A stretch of DNA of 64,000 nucleotides, taken from the human T2T-CHM13v2.0 reference genome, Homo sapiens. Position 1 is the stretch's first letter. Each line of letters opens with the position of its first letter. The notes beneath the pieces were generated by a model. That model was not told where the DNA came from, did no database searches, and was given only the letters and a program-made list of their open reading frames with translations. The stretch lies in NCBI RefSeq assembly GCF_009914755.1, contig NC_060926.1; one strand, given 5' to 3'. This document shows, one piece after another, positions 20,621-38,199 of the stretch. The translations under genes were made by a program, and so were the position numbers.

Positions 20621-22999
20621 GAAGACTATCTAACACATTGACTTAGTTACTTATCTGGTCCTATTTTAGTTTTATAAATGGGCTTAACACAATCTACTAA
20701 CATGTTTATTTCTTATTAAGAATGGGTTTTAGTAACAATGTGATATTAATCTTTACATTAATATTTTACACATTTATATATTTATATACATACCTGTGTA
20801 TGTGTGTGTGTATTCATTGTGGTTATGTTTTGGAGATTATAAAAAAGTAACTGTATATAAAATATATAAGTTACATAGAAAGAAAACAAAATATTTTACT
20901 TAATCTTATACATATTCCCAAACATTTGGTGATGAGTCATCATGCAGATCAAGTAAGCTAACATGTCTATAACTCTAAAAGCCTATCTAAACCCAAAGAA
21001 CTTCCCGTAACTCTCTTAACTATGTAACTTTAAAAGCACCTACTTATTTTTCATAAGGATTTCTTGCTTTTTAAACTAAAGATATTAAGTACTAATTAAT
21101 TAGTGTTTTTATAATTTTAGTAATGTATTCCTTAAGAATGAACGAAAATATATATTTTTCATTCTTGTGAATAGAAGAACTTTTAATAATTACATATAAA
21201 CTAGATTTTAAGTAGATACTAATTTATTAACATTTAGAACTCTTCTATATGTTCTATATGTTATATAGACTTAGCTAAAATAAATTTCAATAAAAAGAAA
21301 AATATAATTGACTAAGAAAATGCAATCTTATTTTCCATCCTCCTGTTCTATTTTAGTTTTCTTCAGGAGGAAATGTCTTTTGAGTGCTATAACAGAAAAG
21401 AAGTTTCAAAAAACATCTACTTAAACATATCATAGTGAGCATCAGTGCCTTATGTAATGTAGTAAAATCCCTAGCACATAGAGACCTCAAACCTTTTGTC
21501 TTTGTGGCAAAAATAGCTGGATGACAAAAATTCAGGTTCAAGCTCATAGAGGAAAATTACATCTTAACAATATATGTCATCATATTGCACATAAACAAGC
21601 TCGACCACAAACAAGAGAAATGCTAAAGGTTTTAGGTTTTCAGATAATTCAGAATAATGGAGTTTACAAAGGAAAATTTTCAACCAACAATGTTAACTCA
21701 CATTCAGTTCAAATATTACCTCTTTTGGCAGTGGATAACTCTGGATAACTTCTGCCTATTTGTTTAGTGTTTCACTGCAATAGGATATATATAGTCATTT
21801 TATTTTAATAAATGTTCACTGAGTAGGAATCTTCCTTCTATAAACTCAGTTATGCAAGAAATACTCATTATATATAAATTTAAGTTCTGGTCTAGCCAGG
21901 CCACTGAAAAACTTAATCAGGGAGTCTTAAACAAAGTATAAAAATAGGAAAAGGGTCTCTGGTCACTTTATCAGGTTTTCCAGCCTTGTCTCCCATCTCA
22001 TATCTGAAATGCAGCAGCACTTGGTTTCTTTGCAGATCCTGGCAAACCAAATACCAGAGTCCAGCCTCCCCCACTATCAATGAATGTTACCGCCAAGAAA
22101 GGTGAATGTTACTCAATATACCTCTCTGCAGAAAGACAGTTATCTTATAGGAATTGAGCAGTAACCTAACCCCAGAACGCCTTACTTAGGAAATATGCAC
22201 TTAATATATGTTCAGATAAGAAAAATATTTACCAGAGGCTCCCAAATCCCATTTGGGGCTATTTCTCCTGAGAATCTCCAGAAAAGGATATTATTTTCCC
22301 TAAAAGATTGTGTGATTGAATTTATTTCCTCCCTGATTCCTCTCTATTTCTATTACACTGAATTATTTGCTTACACAAAATATTTGGAGGGAAGGAATTC
22401 TCTGTAAGAAAATTACAACCAACACTTTCTTAACTTACCATCCAGTGGTCTGGAGATACACCGAAATAAGATATGGATATGTCATTAAGGAACACACTTT
22501 ACTTCACAGATACAAGCACAAGCAATTAACTGGAAGAAAGGGGAAAATCATACTGAAAAAGCTATAAACAACAGGCTCTAAGAAAATAGAAGGACACATA
22601 ACAACATCTTGGGAAAACATAAAACAACACAGTACATCACAAACAACAACTGGGAAATCACTCCCTTTTCTCTCTTCTGTTGTTTTCCCAGGGCGTTAAG
22701 CATGAAATGGTGTTGCTTCTCTTCAGGACTTTTGAAGTGGACTTAAATGTAATGTAATTAAATGTCAAATGTAGACTTGAGAAAAATATCTGACGAAAGT
22801 GCAGTTTAGTTTATTTGATATGGAGTCTTAATTGTCTATAAATAAATTACTCTTAATATTTGAACTTTACATTTTTTATTACAGATCATTCTTTATCAGA
22901 TAATATTAATTACTTATTCCACTATAGGTAGGTAGGTAGATAGAGATGCATACATATACATCTAAAATGAGATCCTGGAACTCCATTCAAACTTTTATA

Positions 23000-24209
23000 C
23001 AGTCATGAGCCATATAACAACATTTTGGTTAATGATAAAAGGCATTTATAACAGTGGTTTTATAAGATTATAATAGAGCTGAAAAATTCCTACCATCTAG
23101 GGACAGCGTAGTCATCATAACATCGTAACATAACACTTTACTCATGTGTTTGTGGTGATGCTGGTGTAAACAAACCTACTGTGCTTCCAGTCATATAAAA
23201 TTACAGCACATACAATTATGTACACTATGTAATACTAGTTAATGAAAATAAACGATGATGTTACTGGTTTATTTATTTACTATAGTATACTTTTTAAATC
23301 ACTATTTTAGAGTCTGCTCCTTTTACTTATAAAAGAATTAACTGTAAAACAGCCTCAGACAAGGATTCTTTCAGTACATATTCCTGAAGAAGGCTTTGTT
23401 ATCATAGGAGATGACAGCTCCATGCATGCTATTGCCCCTGAAGACCTTCCAGTGGGAGAAGATGTGAAAGTGGAAGACAGTGATGACCTTGGCTTTGTGT
23501 AGGCCTAGGCTAATGATTTTTTGTGTCTAAGTGTTCAAGAAAAACGTTTAAAAAGTAAAATAAGTAAATAAAATTTTAAGATAGAGAAAAGCTTATAAAA
23601 TAAGGTTATTAAAATATTTTATACAACTGTACAATGTGTTTGTGTTTTAAGCTAGGTGTTATGATGAAAGAGTAAAAAAGTTAAAAACTTAAAAAATTAA
23701 TAAAGTATAAAAGTTACAGTAAACTATGGTTAATTTATTATTGAAGAAATTTTTTTGTAAATTTAGCATAACTTAACTGCTCAGTGTTTATAGAGTTTGC
23801 AGAAGAGTACAATAACGTTCCATAACTTCACATTCACTCACCACTCACTCACTGACTCATCCAAAGCAATTTTCAGTCCTGCGAACTTCATTCACGGTAA
23901 ATGCCCTATATAGGTGTACTATTTTTTATATTTTATTCCATATTTTTTCTGTACCTTTTCGATGTTTATATATGTTTACATATACAAACACTTGCCATAG
24001 TGTTACAGTTGCCTACAGTATTCAGTATGGTAACATTCTGGACAACCTAGTAGACTTGGAACAATAGTTTATACCATATAGCCTAGGTGTGCAGTTGGCT
24101 ATACTATCTCGGTTTATGTAAATATACCCTCTGATGTTTGCACAAAGATGAAATCACCTAATCATGCATCTCTCTGAACATATGCCCATCATTAAATGAT
24201 GCATGACTG
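23000..24209. mobile_element. Tigger3b-like non-autonomous TcMar DNA transposon (~1.2 kb)
   Basis: Inverted ends CAGTCATG...CATGACTG, left TA target, and internal Tigger3-type sequence. Confidence 0.85.
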
Positions 24210-24284
24210 TTGTTCTAAGAAAGAGGTCCTGAGAAATTGTTTTTAAATACTGGAAGGAAATTGAAAAAAATGTTAACAAGTGTT

Positions 24285-24490
24285 ATCTTTTTTGCTTATT
24301 CTTAGAAATAATTTAAGATTCACAAGAAGTTGCAAAAATAGTACAGAGTCCTGTGTACCCTTCATCTTACTTTTCCCAATGAAACATCCTACGTAATCAC
24401 GGTACATTTTTTAAACCAGAACATTGACATTTGTACAAACTATTAATTAAACTGCAGACCTTATTCAGATTTCAACAGTTTTTACTTGAA
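24285..24490 (-). mobile_element. L1MB/L1MC 3'-end fragment
   Basis: ATTCACAAGAAGTTGCAAAAATAGTACAGAGTCCTGTGTACCCTTCA is a typical antisense old-L1 terminus. Confidence 0.65.
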
Positions 24491-25464
24491 TACAATTTGC
24501 AGGTAATCTTAATTTTCTTAAGTTTTCTGAATTTTACAGCTTTTTTCTAAATGTGCATATATATGTAAGTAGACAGATATATATAATACAAATACATACA
24601 TACCTAAATACCATACATAAATACATTTACCTATTTTCTTTGCAAAAATGTCTGGACTAGGTTGTCCAAAGAAATGCTGCCTATCAAGAATAACCAAGGT
24701 TTTAGGAATAATTATCTTCATTTCCTCATTTTTATATTTTCTTCTATACCTCCAAGAAAATTTAATGATTTCAAGATTTCCACAATCCAAATAATTCCAT
24801 TGAAATATTGTATTATAAAATAGAAGCAATTTCTATTGTTTAATACCAAAGCACACAGAATTTATGTTATTATTTATGCATCCAAAACAGAAATATCCAC
24901 AATGCTTGTTTTGTTGTTTTGGTCAAACATGATCTTTCACAAAGATTGCAAGGAAACTTTAATATGAACAATAACCTGAGCCAGTTACTTTATTATTCAA
25001 CATTTTGTAAAATTATTTTTTACTTCAGCTGTAATTTTCTTCTTACATTTTCTTTTCTTCAGAAACTTTTTCACAAAATGAAATTCTTCATTGTTCATTC
25101 ACCAAAAAGTGTTGAATGAATGGCATGTGAATGACAGTAGAGGGCTTAAAAACATGATTGAGCTGTTATTCCTGCTGTCAGAGGGATAAAATGTGCACAT
25201 AGATTATTGTAATGCATTAACAAAAGCTAAGGACCTAAGAGAAATTCAGACGGAGTTCAGAGGAGGGAGGAGTGACTTCAAGCCAGTGGGAGGTTGTAGC
25301 ACATTAGTGAGTAAAAGAAAAACTTTTATGCTGGATTCAAATGTTCTATTCCTTATTTTATTTGTCTTATTGAAATTTACCTTTCTCTCTGATCTCCATT
25401 TTTCTAATCTGTAAAATGGGAATACTATTAGTATCTATCTATTCACTTGAAGTTGATTAGTAGG

Positions 25465-27713
25465 TGTATTAGTCCTTTTCCATGCTGCTGATAAAGACAT
25501 AACTGAGACTGGGCAATTTACAAAATAAAGAGGTTTATTGGACTTACAGTTCCACGTGGCTGGGGAGGCTTCACAATCATGGTGGAAGGTGAAAGGCACA
25601 TCTCACATGGTGGCAGACAAGAGAAAACAGCTTATGCAGGGAAACCCCCTTTTAAAAACATCAAATCTCCTAAGACTTGTTCATTATCATGAGAATAGCA
25701 TAGGAAAGACCTACCCCAAAAATTCAATTACCTCCCACTGCGTCCCTCCCACAACACGTGGGAATTCAAGTTAAGATTTGGATGGGGACACAGCCAAACC
25801 ACATCATTCTGCTTCTGGCCCCTCTCAAATCTCATGTCCTCACATATCAAAACAGATCATGCCTTCCTAACAGTCCCCCAAAGTCTTAACTCATTTCAGC
25901 ATTAACTCAAATCCCATAGTCAAAAGACTCATCTGAGAAAAGGCAAGTCTCTTCCGCCTATGATCCTGAAAAGTCAAAAGCAAGTTAGTTACTTCCTAGA
26001 TACATGGGGGTACAGGCATTGGATAAATACAGCCATTCTAAATGGAATAACTGGCCAAAACAAAGGGGCCGTAGGCCCCATGCAAGTCCAAAATCCAGCA
26101 AGGTTGTCTAATCTTAAAGCTCCAAAATGATCTCCTTTGATTCCATGTCTAACATTCAGGTCACACTGATTCAAGAGGTGGGTTCCCATGATCTTGGGCA
26201 GCTCCATTCCTGTGGCTTTGCAGGGTAGAGCCTCCCTCCCAGCTGCCTTCATGGGCTGGCACTGAGTGTCTTCAGCTTTTCCAGATGCATGGTACAAGCT
26301 GCCGGTGGATCTGCCATTCCAGGCTCTGGACAACGCTGGCCCTCTTTTCATAGCTCCATGAGGCAGTGCCCCAGTAGGGACTCTGTGTGGCGGCTCCAAC
26401 CCCACATTTCCCTTCTGCACAGCCCTAGAAGTTTTCCATGAGGGCCATGCTCCTGGAGCAAACTTCTGCCTGGGCATCCAGGTGTTTCCATACATCTTCT
26501 GAAATCTAGGCAGAGGTTCCCAAACCCCAATTCTTGACTTGTGTGCACCCACAGGCTCAATACCACATGGAAGCTGCCAAGGCTTGGGGCTTTCAGCTTC
26601 TGAAGCCACAGTCTGAGCTCTGTGTTGGCCCCTTTAAGCCATGGCTGGAGCGGCTGGGACACAGGGCACTAAGTCCCTAGGCTGAACATAGCAGGGGGAC
26701 CTTGGGCCCAGCCCACGAAACCACTTTTTCCTCCTAGGCCTCCAGGTCTGTGATGGGAGGGGCTGCTATGAAGACCTCTGACATTCCCTGGAGACATTTT
26801 TTCCCATTGTCTTGAGGATTAACATTCAGCTCCTCATTACTTATGCAAATTTCTGCAGCTGGCTTTAATTTCTCCTCAGATAATAAGATTCTTCTATTGC
26901 ATTGTCAGGCTGCAAATTGTTATGCACTGCCTCCCTTATAAAACTGAATGCCTTTAACAGCACCCAAGTCACCTCTTGAATGCTTTGCTGCTTAGAAATT
27001 TCTTCCACTAGATACCCTAACCATCTCTCTCAAGTTCAAAGTTCCACAGATCTCCAGGGCAGGGGAAAAATGCCACCAGTCTCTTTACTAAAACATAACA
27101 AGAGTCACCTTTGCTCCAGTTTTCCCAACAAGTTCCTCATCTCCATCTGAGACCACCTCAGCCTGGATTTCATTGTCCATATCATTATCAGCATTTTGGT
27201 CAAAGGTATTCAACAAGTCTCTAGGGAGTTCCAAAATTTCCCACATTTCCCTGTTTTCTTCTGAGCCCTTCAAACTGTTCCAGCCACTGCCTGTTGCCCA
27301 GTTCCAAAGTTGCTTCCACATTTTCAGGTATCTTTTCAGCAGCACCCCACTGTACTGGTTAGAATTTACCATGTTAGTCCATTTTCATGCTGCCAATAAA
27401 GACATAACTGAGACTGGCCAATTTACAAAAGAAAGAGGTTTGTTGTACTTGCAGTTCCCTGTGGCTGAGGAGGCCTCACAATCATGGCAGAAGGTAAAAG
27501 GCACATCTCACATGGTGGCAGACAAGAGAAGAGAGCTTGTGCAGGGAAACTGTCCTTTCTAAAAACATCAGATCTCCTGAGATGTATTCACTATTGCGAG
27601 AACAGCATGGGAAAGACCTTCCCCAACGACTCAGTTACCTCCCACCAGGTCCCTCCCACAACACATGGGAATTCAAGATAAGATTTGGGCGGGGATACAG
27701 CCAAACCATATCA
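25465..27713 (-). mobile_element. Complete THE1B-like MaLR provirus: LTR 25465-25806, internal 25807-27369, LTR 27370-27713
   Basis: Two similar ~340-bp LTRs; THE1-int ORF remnants (SPKPWQLP, GVEPVG-like, NDMDNEIQAEVVSDGDEELVG); TSD GTAGG/GTGGG. Confidence 0.95.
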
Positions 27714-29599
27714 GTGGGTGAAAGAAAATGTTGCATGCAAACCTTAGAATAGTTCCTGGTACACATATTTCGCCTAACCTAAGTGTGCTATGCATAATAT
27801 TGGTTGAGAAAAAACTGACATTGAGGCTGTCTGTTATCATAGGATTAAGCAAAAGTTCTGGACAAACACTATGCTTGTCTTTCTCTGATAAATTCCTATA
27901 TAAAATTTTTCATTCCTCTTTTCCAATATACACAACATATACGCCTAAAATAAAATTAAGATTCACGTTGTACATTTAGAATTGCGATCTCCTGTTTTTT
28001 CTTGTTTTTTTTAAATTTTGCTACTAAAACATTTCAAACTATTTTTACATTTTTCTCACACTGTTCTTACCTCCAGAGGGCTTTTCATTTCAATTTAACT
28101 TATGAGCAACCTCGGTTGGTCTTACCAGAGAGATGGGAGTCTAGAAAGAAAGAGATGGATATTCCAAAGGGTCTTTTTGCTTTATCTTAATTTTGATGGT
28201 TCCAAAAAAATACTATTTGTCAACCCTCCACTGTCCCTCACATTGATATACACATGCCCACACTCTAGGTGGGCTTGCAGGTTACCATGTTGCAAATGTG
28301 GCATGTGGACTGCTGCTCAGCCACCTACAGGAACAATCCACCGAAGATTAAAGAGTGGAGTCCTGAACTAAGTAAATGATGATTCTTACCAGTATAAGTC
28401 AATTTTCTGTTCTTTCCCTTCCCTTCAGGACCTGATGATATTTATCCAGAAAAAGAAAAAAAGATTAAGTCATGAGAATATGCCCAGTGACAATTTGTGC
28501 AGGGCCTATTCAAACCATTTGAATTCAAGTGGAATTGTTTCATCTTCATCATGGAGCCCCGTAAGTTCTGCCCACAAAATTCTGTCCAGTAAAGTTGCAT
28601 CAAAAAAGTTATTTTTAGAAACAAATAAAAATGGTGTTATTGAGGGTATGGGTTTGAGGTGACACAAGAGTGTCTATAAATGTTACATAAAACAAAAGTT
28701 TTTAAAAGTGTTCATTTGTTATAAGATAGTGGAATTTCCTTGCCTTAATGAAGTTAAAAGACAACTTAATGGATTCTTTCTACCTGAGCAATTTCAAATT
28801 TCTTCAAAACTCTTTAACAATTTTAGAAGCACATGCTTCAGAATCTATTGCAAGTTTATTGAGCAATTTATTAATACAAAGGAAACGAGGAAAATAAATC
28901 AATGAGAAGATTTTAGCCTAAAAACATTATCTCAACAGCATTTTATCTGCAATATAACCACTCATATGTGGTGGCTTGTTAGCCGCTATGGTCATAAATC
29001 TTAGCGTCCAAGAGACTCAGAAGAGATGATATACTGCCAGAAGCTATCTATCTATACACAAATACATGATATTTTAATCTATGAACTGTAATCACTCCTT
29101 GGAATTGATGACTTGAAAGTCTGGTCCAAGGCAATTCACTTATGCATAATTTTACACTGTTCCTTAGGTAATAATTTCACTTTTTGTCTGAGAGACTTTT
29201 ACAGCACTGAGTGTTCTCCTTCAGTTTACAGACACCAAATCCTCACTGTTTCCCTGCCTTTCCACAGTCACACAGGTAACCCTAGCACCACTAACTGACA
29301 CCTGAAATCTAAGCCCTCCTCCCTGTTCTCAAAGCCAACCCTGAGTTCTGAAAGGAGGAATAATCCAATTCTGGCACTGGATTCCAAAGCCCATTTTCAT
29401 GAGGTCTCCCACATCAGTTTTTCACTCCAAGGAGTTGCCCCTTGATCTGCTAATTAGGCTCCTCCTGCTTTGCCCTCAAGTGCCAATATCCTTTCCTCTT
29501 TTTCTGGACTCTTCCAGTTTACATCAATAGACCTAAGTTTTATTTATTATCCCTAGTGCAACTTTAGCAACTTGTGTGGCTGCCATCTATACAAACAGT

Positions 29600-30380
29600 G
29601 AGGAGAAAGGAGTATGTAGTCTCTGGCATTGGACACACCTCGGTCAGAATCTAGATAGCACTGGTCATGTGAATTTAAGTAAATTTAATCATTTTATGGT
29701 GTATAGAAAATATAAGAAAGTTTTGAAATGCCATTAAATTGCTATAATTCTACACTATTGCAGAAGGCCATAAGCAGGCTACAAAGCATAATAATAACAG
29801 GTGATAAGAATTATCATCATAACTAAAAGAGAAAAGCAAATGTTTCAAATTAAGTAATTTTGGAGGTTTCATATATAGAAGAATATTGAGGAACTTCTCT
29901 AACACATTTGCATAAGTATTATTTAGGCCAAAGGTTTTCAAGTGGAAAGATATGGAAAATAAATTCAGGCATGGGTTTTGTAAATAATAAAATAGCTCCT
30001 CAAGTGATTCTGATATGGTCTTACACTTTCTCTGCAACCAGCTTCTTTGGAGACTAGACAAACCGTGATAAGATCAGTTTACCTAAAGATACTTTAGGGC
30101 TCATATTTCTTCACAAAGTCCAATCAATCTACGTAGCTTCCTTGGGCTATGTTAAATGTGACCATAAATTATGTATGTTGTCTGGACAGCAACGCACACA
30201 CAGCCAGGTCATAATGAGATGGCACAAACAGGAAGAAAAAAGTCACCATAGATGACAATGAATATGGAATATCCACTTTCATTATAAAATTAGTAAAATT
30301 AACATATTTTCATGTAAATCCTTTCAGGAACTATGAATACCTCTTCTTCTAAATAAATCTCTGAATCTTATTGCCTCAGA
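29600..30380 (+). mobile_element. MIR split by an inserted duplicated segment (MIR-like parts ~29600-29690 and ~30359-30380)
   Basis: The two flanks join into a MIR-like ...GTGAATTTAAGTAAATTTAATC|TCTGAATCTTATTGCCTCA. Confidence 0.45.
29683..30358 (+). repeat. Copy 1 of a ~675-bp direct dispersed duplication
   Basis: Colinear with 34562-34726 plus 36844-37360. About 17 differences in the first ~165 bp by hand count (~90% identity). Confidence 0.95.
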
Positions 30381-31135
30381 AAGCAGCTGTGCTGATTAAA
30401 TTCATTGACACAATGTGTTCTTATGTAACAGACCTGTTCTAAAAAGTATCGCCTGATGCCAAAACAATATCAGCTCCCTCTCTCCACCTCCTTTGAATGA
30501 CAGCAACCTTTCTGAGATACCTACATGGTTAGGACCCAATACACCTGGGTAAGTATCCCCAATACTGAACACGTAGATTTCAGAGTTTATGACCTCTTTT
30601 CCCCACCCCTCTTTCCTTTTGAATCCCATCTATCAAACTACATTTCTTCAGCCTGGTCCTCACCTTTATCTTGCCTTTTTTAACTTAGAAATAACCCAGA
30701 GAATGTTGAAATATTTGAACACAGGCTTTCTCCATCAGACTATGCCTCACCTCTCCACTCTAGCAGTTGAGTTAGTTTTTTGAAAGTGCCCCTCACCCTA
30801 TCAGGTATTGCTGTCCTGAGATGTAGGGCCTTGCTTCCTTATCCCACTGCAAATGCCCTTCCGGGCTATTTTAATTGTGAGATGGGAAAAACACTAATTC
30901 GTTGTTTGCTCAAATCTGCAAGTAACAGCCAATTTTGGCTACCAGTGATTATCTTAGTCATTAGTACATCTGTAAATAGAAATAAAATATATGTACAGGT
31001 ATATCTCATTTTATTGCACTTTGCTTTATTGCACTTCACAGATTGCAATTTTTACACACTGAAAGTCTATGGCAACCCAATATCGATCAAGTCTATTGCT
31101 GCCATTTTCCAAAAGCTCTGTGTCACATTTGGTAA

Positions 31136-31525
<390 letters not shown>

Positions 31526-31713
31526 TAATGTTACCATTGTAATTTGGGGGGGGCATCCCAAAATGTTTCCATATAGGATGGCAAACGTAATAAATATGTT
31601 GTGCATTCTGACTGCTCCACCAATCAGCCATTTCCCATCTCTCTCCCTCTTCTTGTCCTCCCTATTCACTGTGACACAACAGTATTAAAATTATGTCAAT
31701 TAATAGCTCTATA

Positions 31714-33479
31714 ATAGCCTCTAAGTGTTCCAGTTAAAGGAAGTTTTGTACATTGAAGTCTCTCACTTTAAATTTAAAGCCAGAAATGATTAAACTTTGT
31801 CAGAAAGTTATGTCAAAAGCTGAGATTACCCAAAAGCTAGGCCTCTTGTGCCAAACAGTTGGCAAAATTATGAATGCAAAGAAAAAGTTCTTGAAGAAAA
31901 TTAAAAGAGCGATTCCAATGAACACACGAATGATAAGAAGCAAAACAGTCTCATTCCTAGTACAGAGAAAGTGTTAGTGGTCTAAATAGAAAATCAAACC
32001 AGTTACAACATTTTTCTAAGCCAAAGCCTAATCCACAGCAAGGCCCTAATGTTCTTCAATTCTGTGAAGGCAAAGTAAGGGGAGAAAGTGGCAGAAGAGA
32101 AATTTGAAGCTAGCAGAGGTTGGTTTATGAGGTTTAAGGGAAGGAATCGTCATACATAAAAGTACAAGGTGAAGCAGCAAATGCTGATATATAAGTTGCA
32201 GCAAGTTATCTAGAAGATCTCGCTAAGATAACCAGTGAAGCTGGCTACATGAAACAATAGATTTTCAATGCAGATGAAACAGCCTTCTATTAGAAGATTC
32301 CATCTAAAACTTTCACAGCTAGAAAGAAGCTAATGTCTGACTTCAAAGCTTCAATAGACAGGCTGACTCTCTTGTTAGGGACTAACACAGCTGATAACTT
32401 TAAGGTGAAACCAATGCTCATTCATCATTCTGAAAATCCTAAGGCTCTTATGAATTATGCTAAATCTACTCTGCCTATGCTCCATAAATGGAACAAGACC
32501 TATATGAGAGTATATATATTTACAGCATGACTTACTGAATATTTTGATCCCATTGTTGAGACCAACTTCTCAGAAAGGAAAGACTGCTTTCAAAATGTTA
32601 CTGTTCATTGACAATGCATCTAGCCACCCAACAGCTCTGATAGAGATTTACAAGAAGATTAATGTTTTCATGCCTGCTGACAAAACATCCATTCTGCAGC
32701 CCATGGATCCAGGAGTAGTTTTGACTTTCAAGTCTTATCATTTAGGAAATAAATTTCTTAAAGCTATACTTGCCATAGACAGTGATTCCTTCGAGGGATC
32801 TGGGCAGAGAAAATTGAAAACTCTGGAAATATTCACCATTCTAGACACCATTAAGAACATTCATGATTCATGAAAGCAGTTCAAAATATCAACATCAACA
32901 GGAATTTGGAAAAAGTTGATTCCAACCCTCATGGATGACTTTGAGAGAGGTTCAAGACTTCAGGGAAGGAAGTCACTGCAGATGTGCTGGAAATAGCAAG
33001 AGAGCTAGAATTAGAAGTAAATCCTGAAAACTATGACTAAATTGCTGCAATCTGAAGATAAAACTTGGACGAATAAGGAGTTTCTTCTCACAGATGAGTA
33101 AAGAAAGCAGTTTCTCGAAGTGGAATGCACTTCTGGTGAAAAAGCTATCAATGTTATTGAAATGACAACAAACAATTTAGAATATTACATAAACTTAGTT
33201 GATAGAGGAATGGCAGGGTTTGAGAGGATTAACTTCAGTTTTAAAAGAAATTCCACTGTAGGCAAAGTGCAATAAAACTGCATTGCATGCGACAGGGAAA
33301 TCTTTCATGAGAAAAACAGTCAATCTATGTGGCAAACTTTACTCTTCTTTTAAGAAATTGCCATAGCCACCCCAATCTTTGGCAACCATCACCCCGATCC
33401 ATCAGCAACCACCAACCCGAGGCAAGACCCTCCACCAGCAAAAAGATTACAACTCACTGGAGGCTCAGATAATTGTTAG
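31714..33479 (+). pseudogene. Decayed Tigger1 (pogo/CENP-B-like, TIGD1-type) transposase ORF
   Basis: Fragments [14 protein letters not shown] (HTH), DRLTLLLGTNTADNFKVKPMLIHHSENP and [11 protein letters not shown]...LQPMDPGV (DDD core), separated by stops and frameshifts. Confidence 0.9.
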
Positions 33480-34561
33480 AAATTTTTTCATCAATAAAGT
33501 ATTTTTCATTAAGCCATGTACATTTTTTGACATAATGCTATTGCACACTTACTAGACTGGAGTATGGTGTAAACATAAATCTTATATTGATTGGGAAGCT
33601 GAAAAGTTTGACTCTCTCATAATTTATCTCTTTATTGCAATATTCATTTTATTGTGATGTCTGCATATATATGAATTATGTTTCCATCTTAATTATAGGC
33701 CTAAATAAATGAAAGATGGTTGATTGTCACAAATGTCCTATTTTTTAAAGTCGAAGATTTCTAACAGGAAATAGTCTGAAGACTACATTTGGTAGCAATT
33801 ATTTTTAAATTAGACTGCTTTGTGGCCTTGTTTTTTAAAAAGTGTGCACAAATGTATGTGACATATGCAGTATTTTTTGCACCTTGAAACATTAGTTTAA
33901 GTTGCAGTTTTAGAATATATATATAAATATAGATATAGATATATATAATCATATAATAAAAGCATGTCAAAATACACAGTGTATTGTCTAATATTTTGAG
34001 ATAAAAGAATATGTCACTAACCAAGAAGCCCCAAAACTTCTCTTCAGTTTTATTTTAATCTAGTCAGACCCAATTATATCTACATCTTTATTTAAAGACT
34101 TCTGTCTCAAGCCCATCTCTACAGGGAAGACCCATATCCAGTTACTTGGGTACCAGAGTGTAAGTCTCATCCTCCTCTGGGTGCCATTATAATCCTTTTT
34201 AGCTCCATAGCAACTCTCTGCTGTGAGCCTAAAATACCAGATAACTATCATTTACTGAGCTATTAAAATAAAGGCTTTTCAGCTTCCTCAGGTGCAGAAT
34301 TGAAAAGAAGCCTAGAAGCCTGGAAGGCTTACCTGTCTGACTAAGTCCCACAATCTATCAATTACACAGAGTGGTTTATGTCACCAGTGATCAATGGAAT
34401 CTAATTCCTCATTCTAGCTTCTTAGTGCTATAGTCTATATCTTCTGGCTTCTTGCTATTGAGTCTATTTGTTGCTGGTTTCCTGTTTCTTCCCTCCTTTC
34501 TTCCTCTTGAGTGGTACTATAATTAATGAATGCTATTGTTTCTCAGACTCTTTTGGTTGCC

Positions 34562-37360
<2,799 letters not shown>

Positions 37361-38199
37361 AAACACTGAACATGGATAGAAACATCCAAGTAATAAAAAG
37401 AGGCATGTGATCTACTGTCCCTCTCTGAAATAGTTAAATAATATCCATTGAATAAGGAAGCTAGTAAATATTTGTATGAATTCATTCTATTTTTAAGAAT
37501 CTTATTATAGTCATGATTAAGATGAGTATAGCATTTGAGAAAAATTTCACTTCATCTTTTGCAAAGAATGCTTCTTGCTGAATAGAACTTTAAAATAAGT
37601 CATGTTAGACTATCTCTGAATTAAGGGATGATAATGAGTTTTGGCTAGAAAGGAAAAGAGGTCGAAAATCGCTAATGGCAGAGAGTTAAGCTCTCCTATT
37701 CAACTTTCCTTTATCTCAATATCTTTGGGTTCCAACTACATACTATAATTCTGAAAAATGTAGTTGGTAAGATACAAAATGCTAAGAAAGCCTGAGACAT
37801 CAATTGAAGATTTTGTACTGATCATGTAAAGGGCATTTTTTTTTTAGGTTAAACACTTGAGAACAGAATGTTTTGCAATATTTCACTATTCTTACTTTGA
37901 AGGGAAAATACATCAAGTACGTGAAAACAATATTTTACTATCCAAGGGTAGGAATAATATGGGGAATAGTATGTATTATAGTCAAGAGACCTATGTTTGG
38001 AATCCATTTTCACACTTGATTTACCACTCCATAATTTACTGCCACCATACATCATCACCTCTTTCAGTTACAAAACACAAAAAGTAAAAATGTCTTGTCT
38101 CATAAATATAGTAAAAAGAACCATTAAAGAAGGAAATGCACAAATAGATAGTGCAAATTATCCCCATACAAATACAAAAATAAACAAACTACTATTATC

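Noticed and set aside
21357-21434. Possible exon with a strong acceptor; also minus-strand candidates near 28390-28431, 60855-60892 and 61368-61421
   Set aside because: Weak donor or acceptor, or stop codons, with no recognisable peptide and no coherent chain.
25989-26662. 206-aa ORF (and similar ORFs at 40547-41681)
   Set aside because: Remnants of the THE1 internal ORF, broken by stops and frameshifts.
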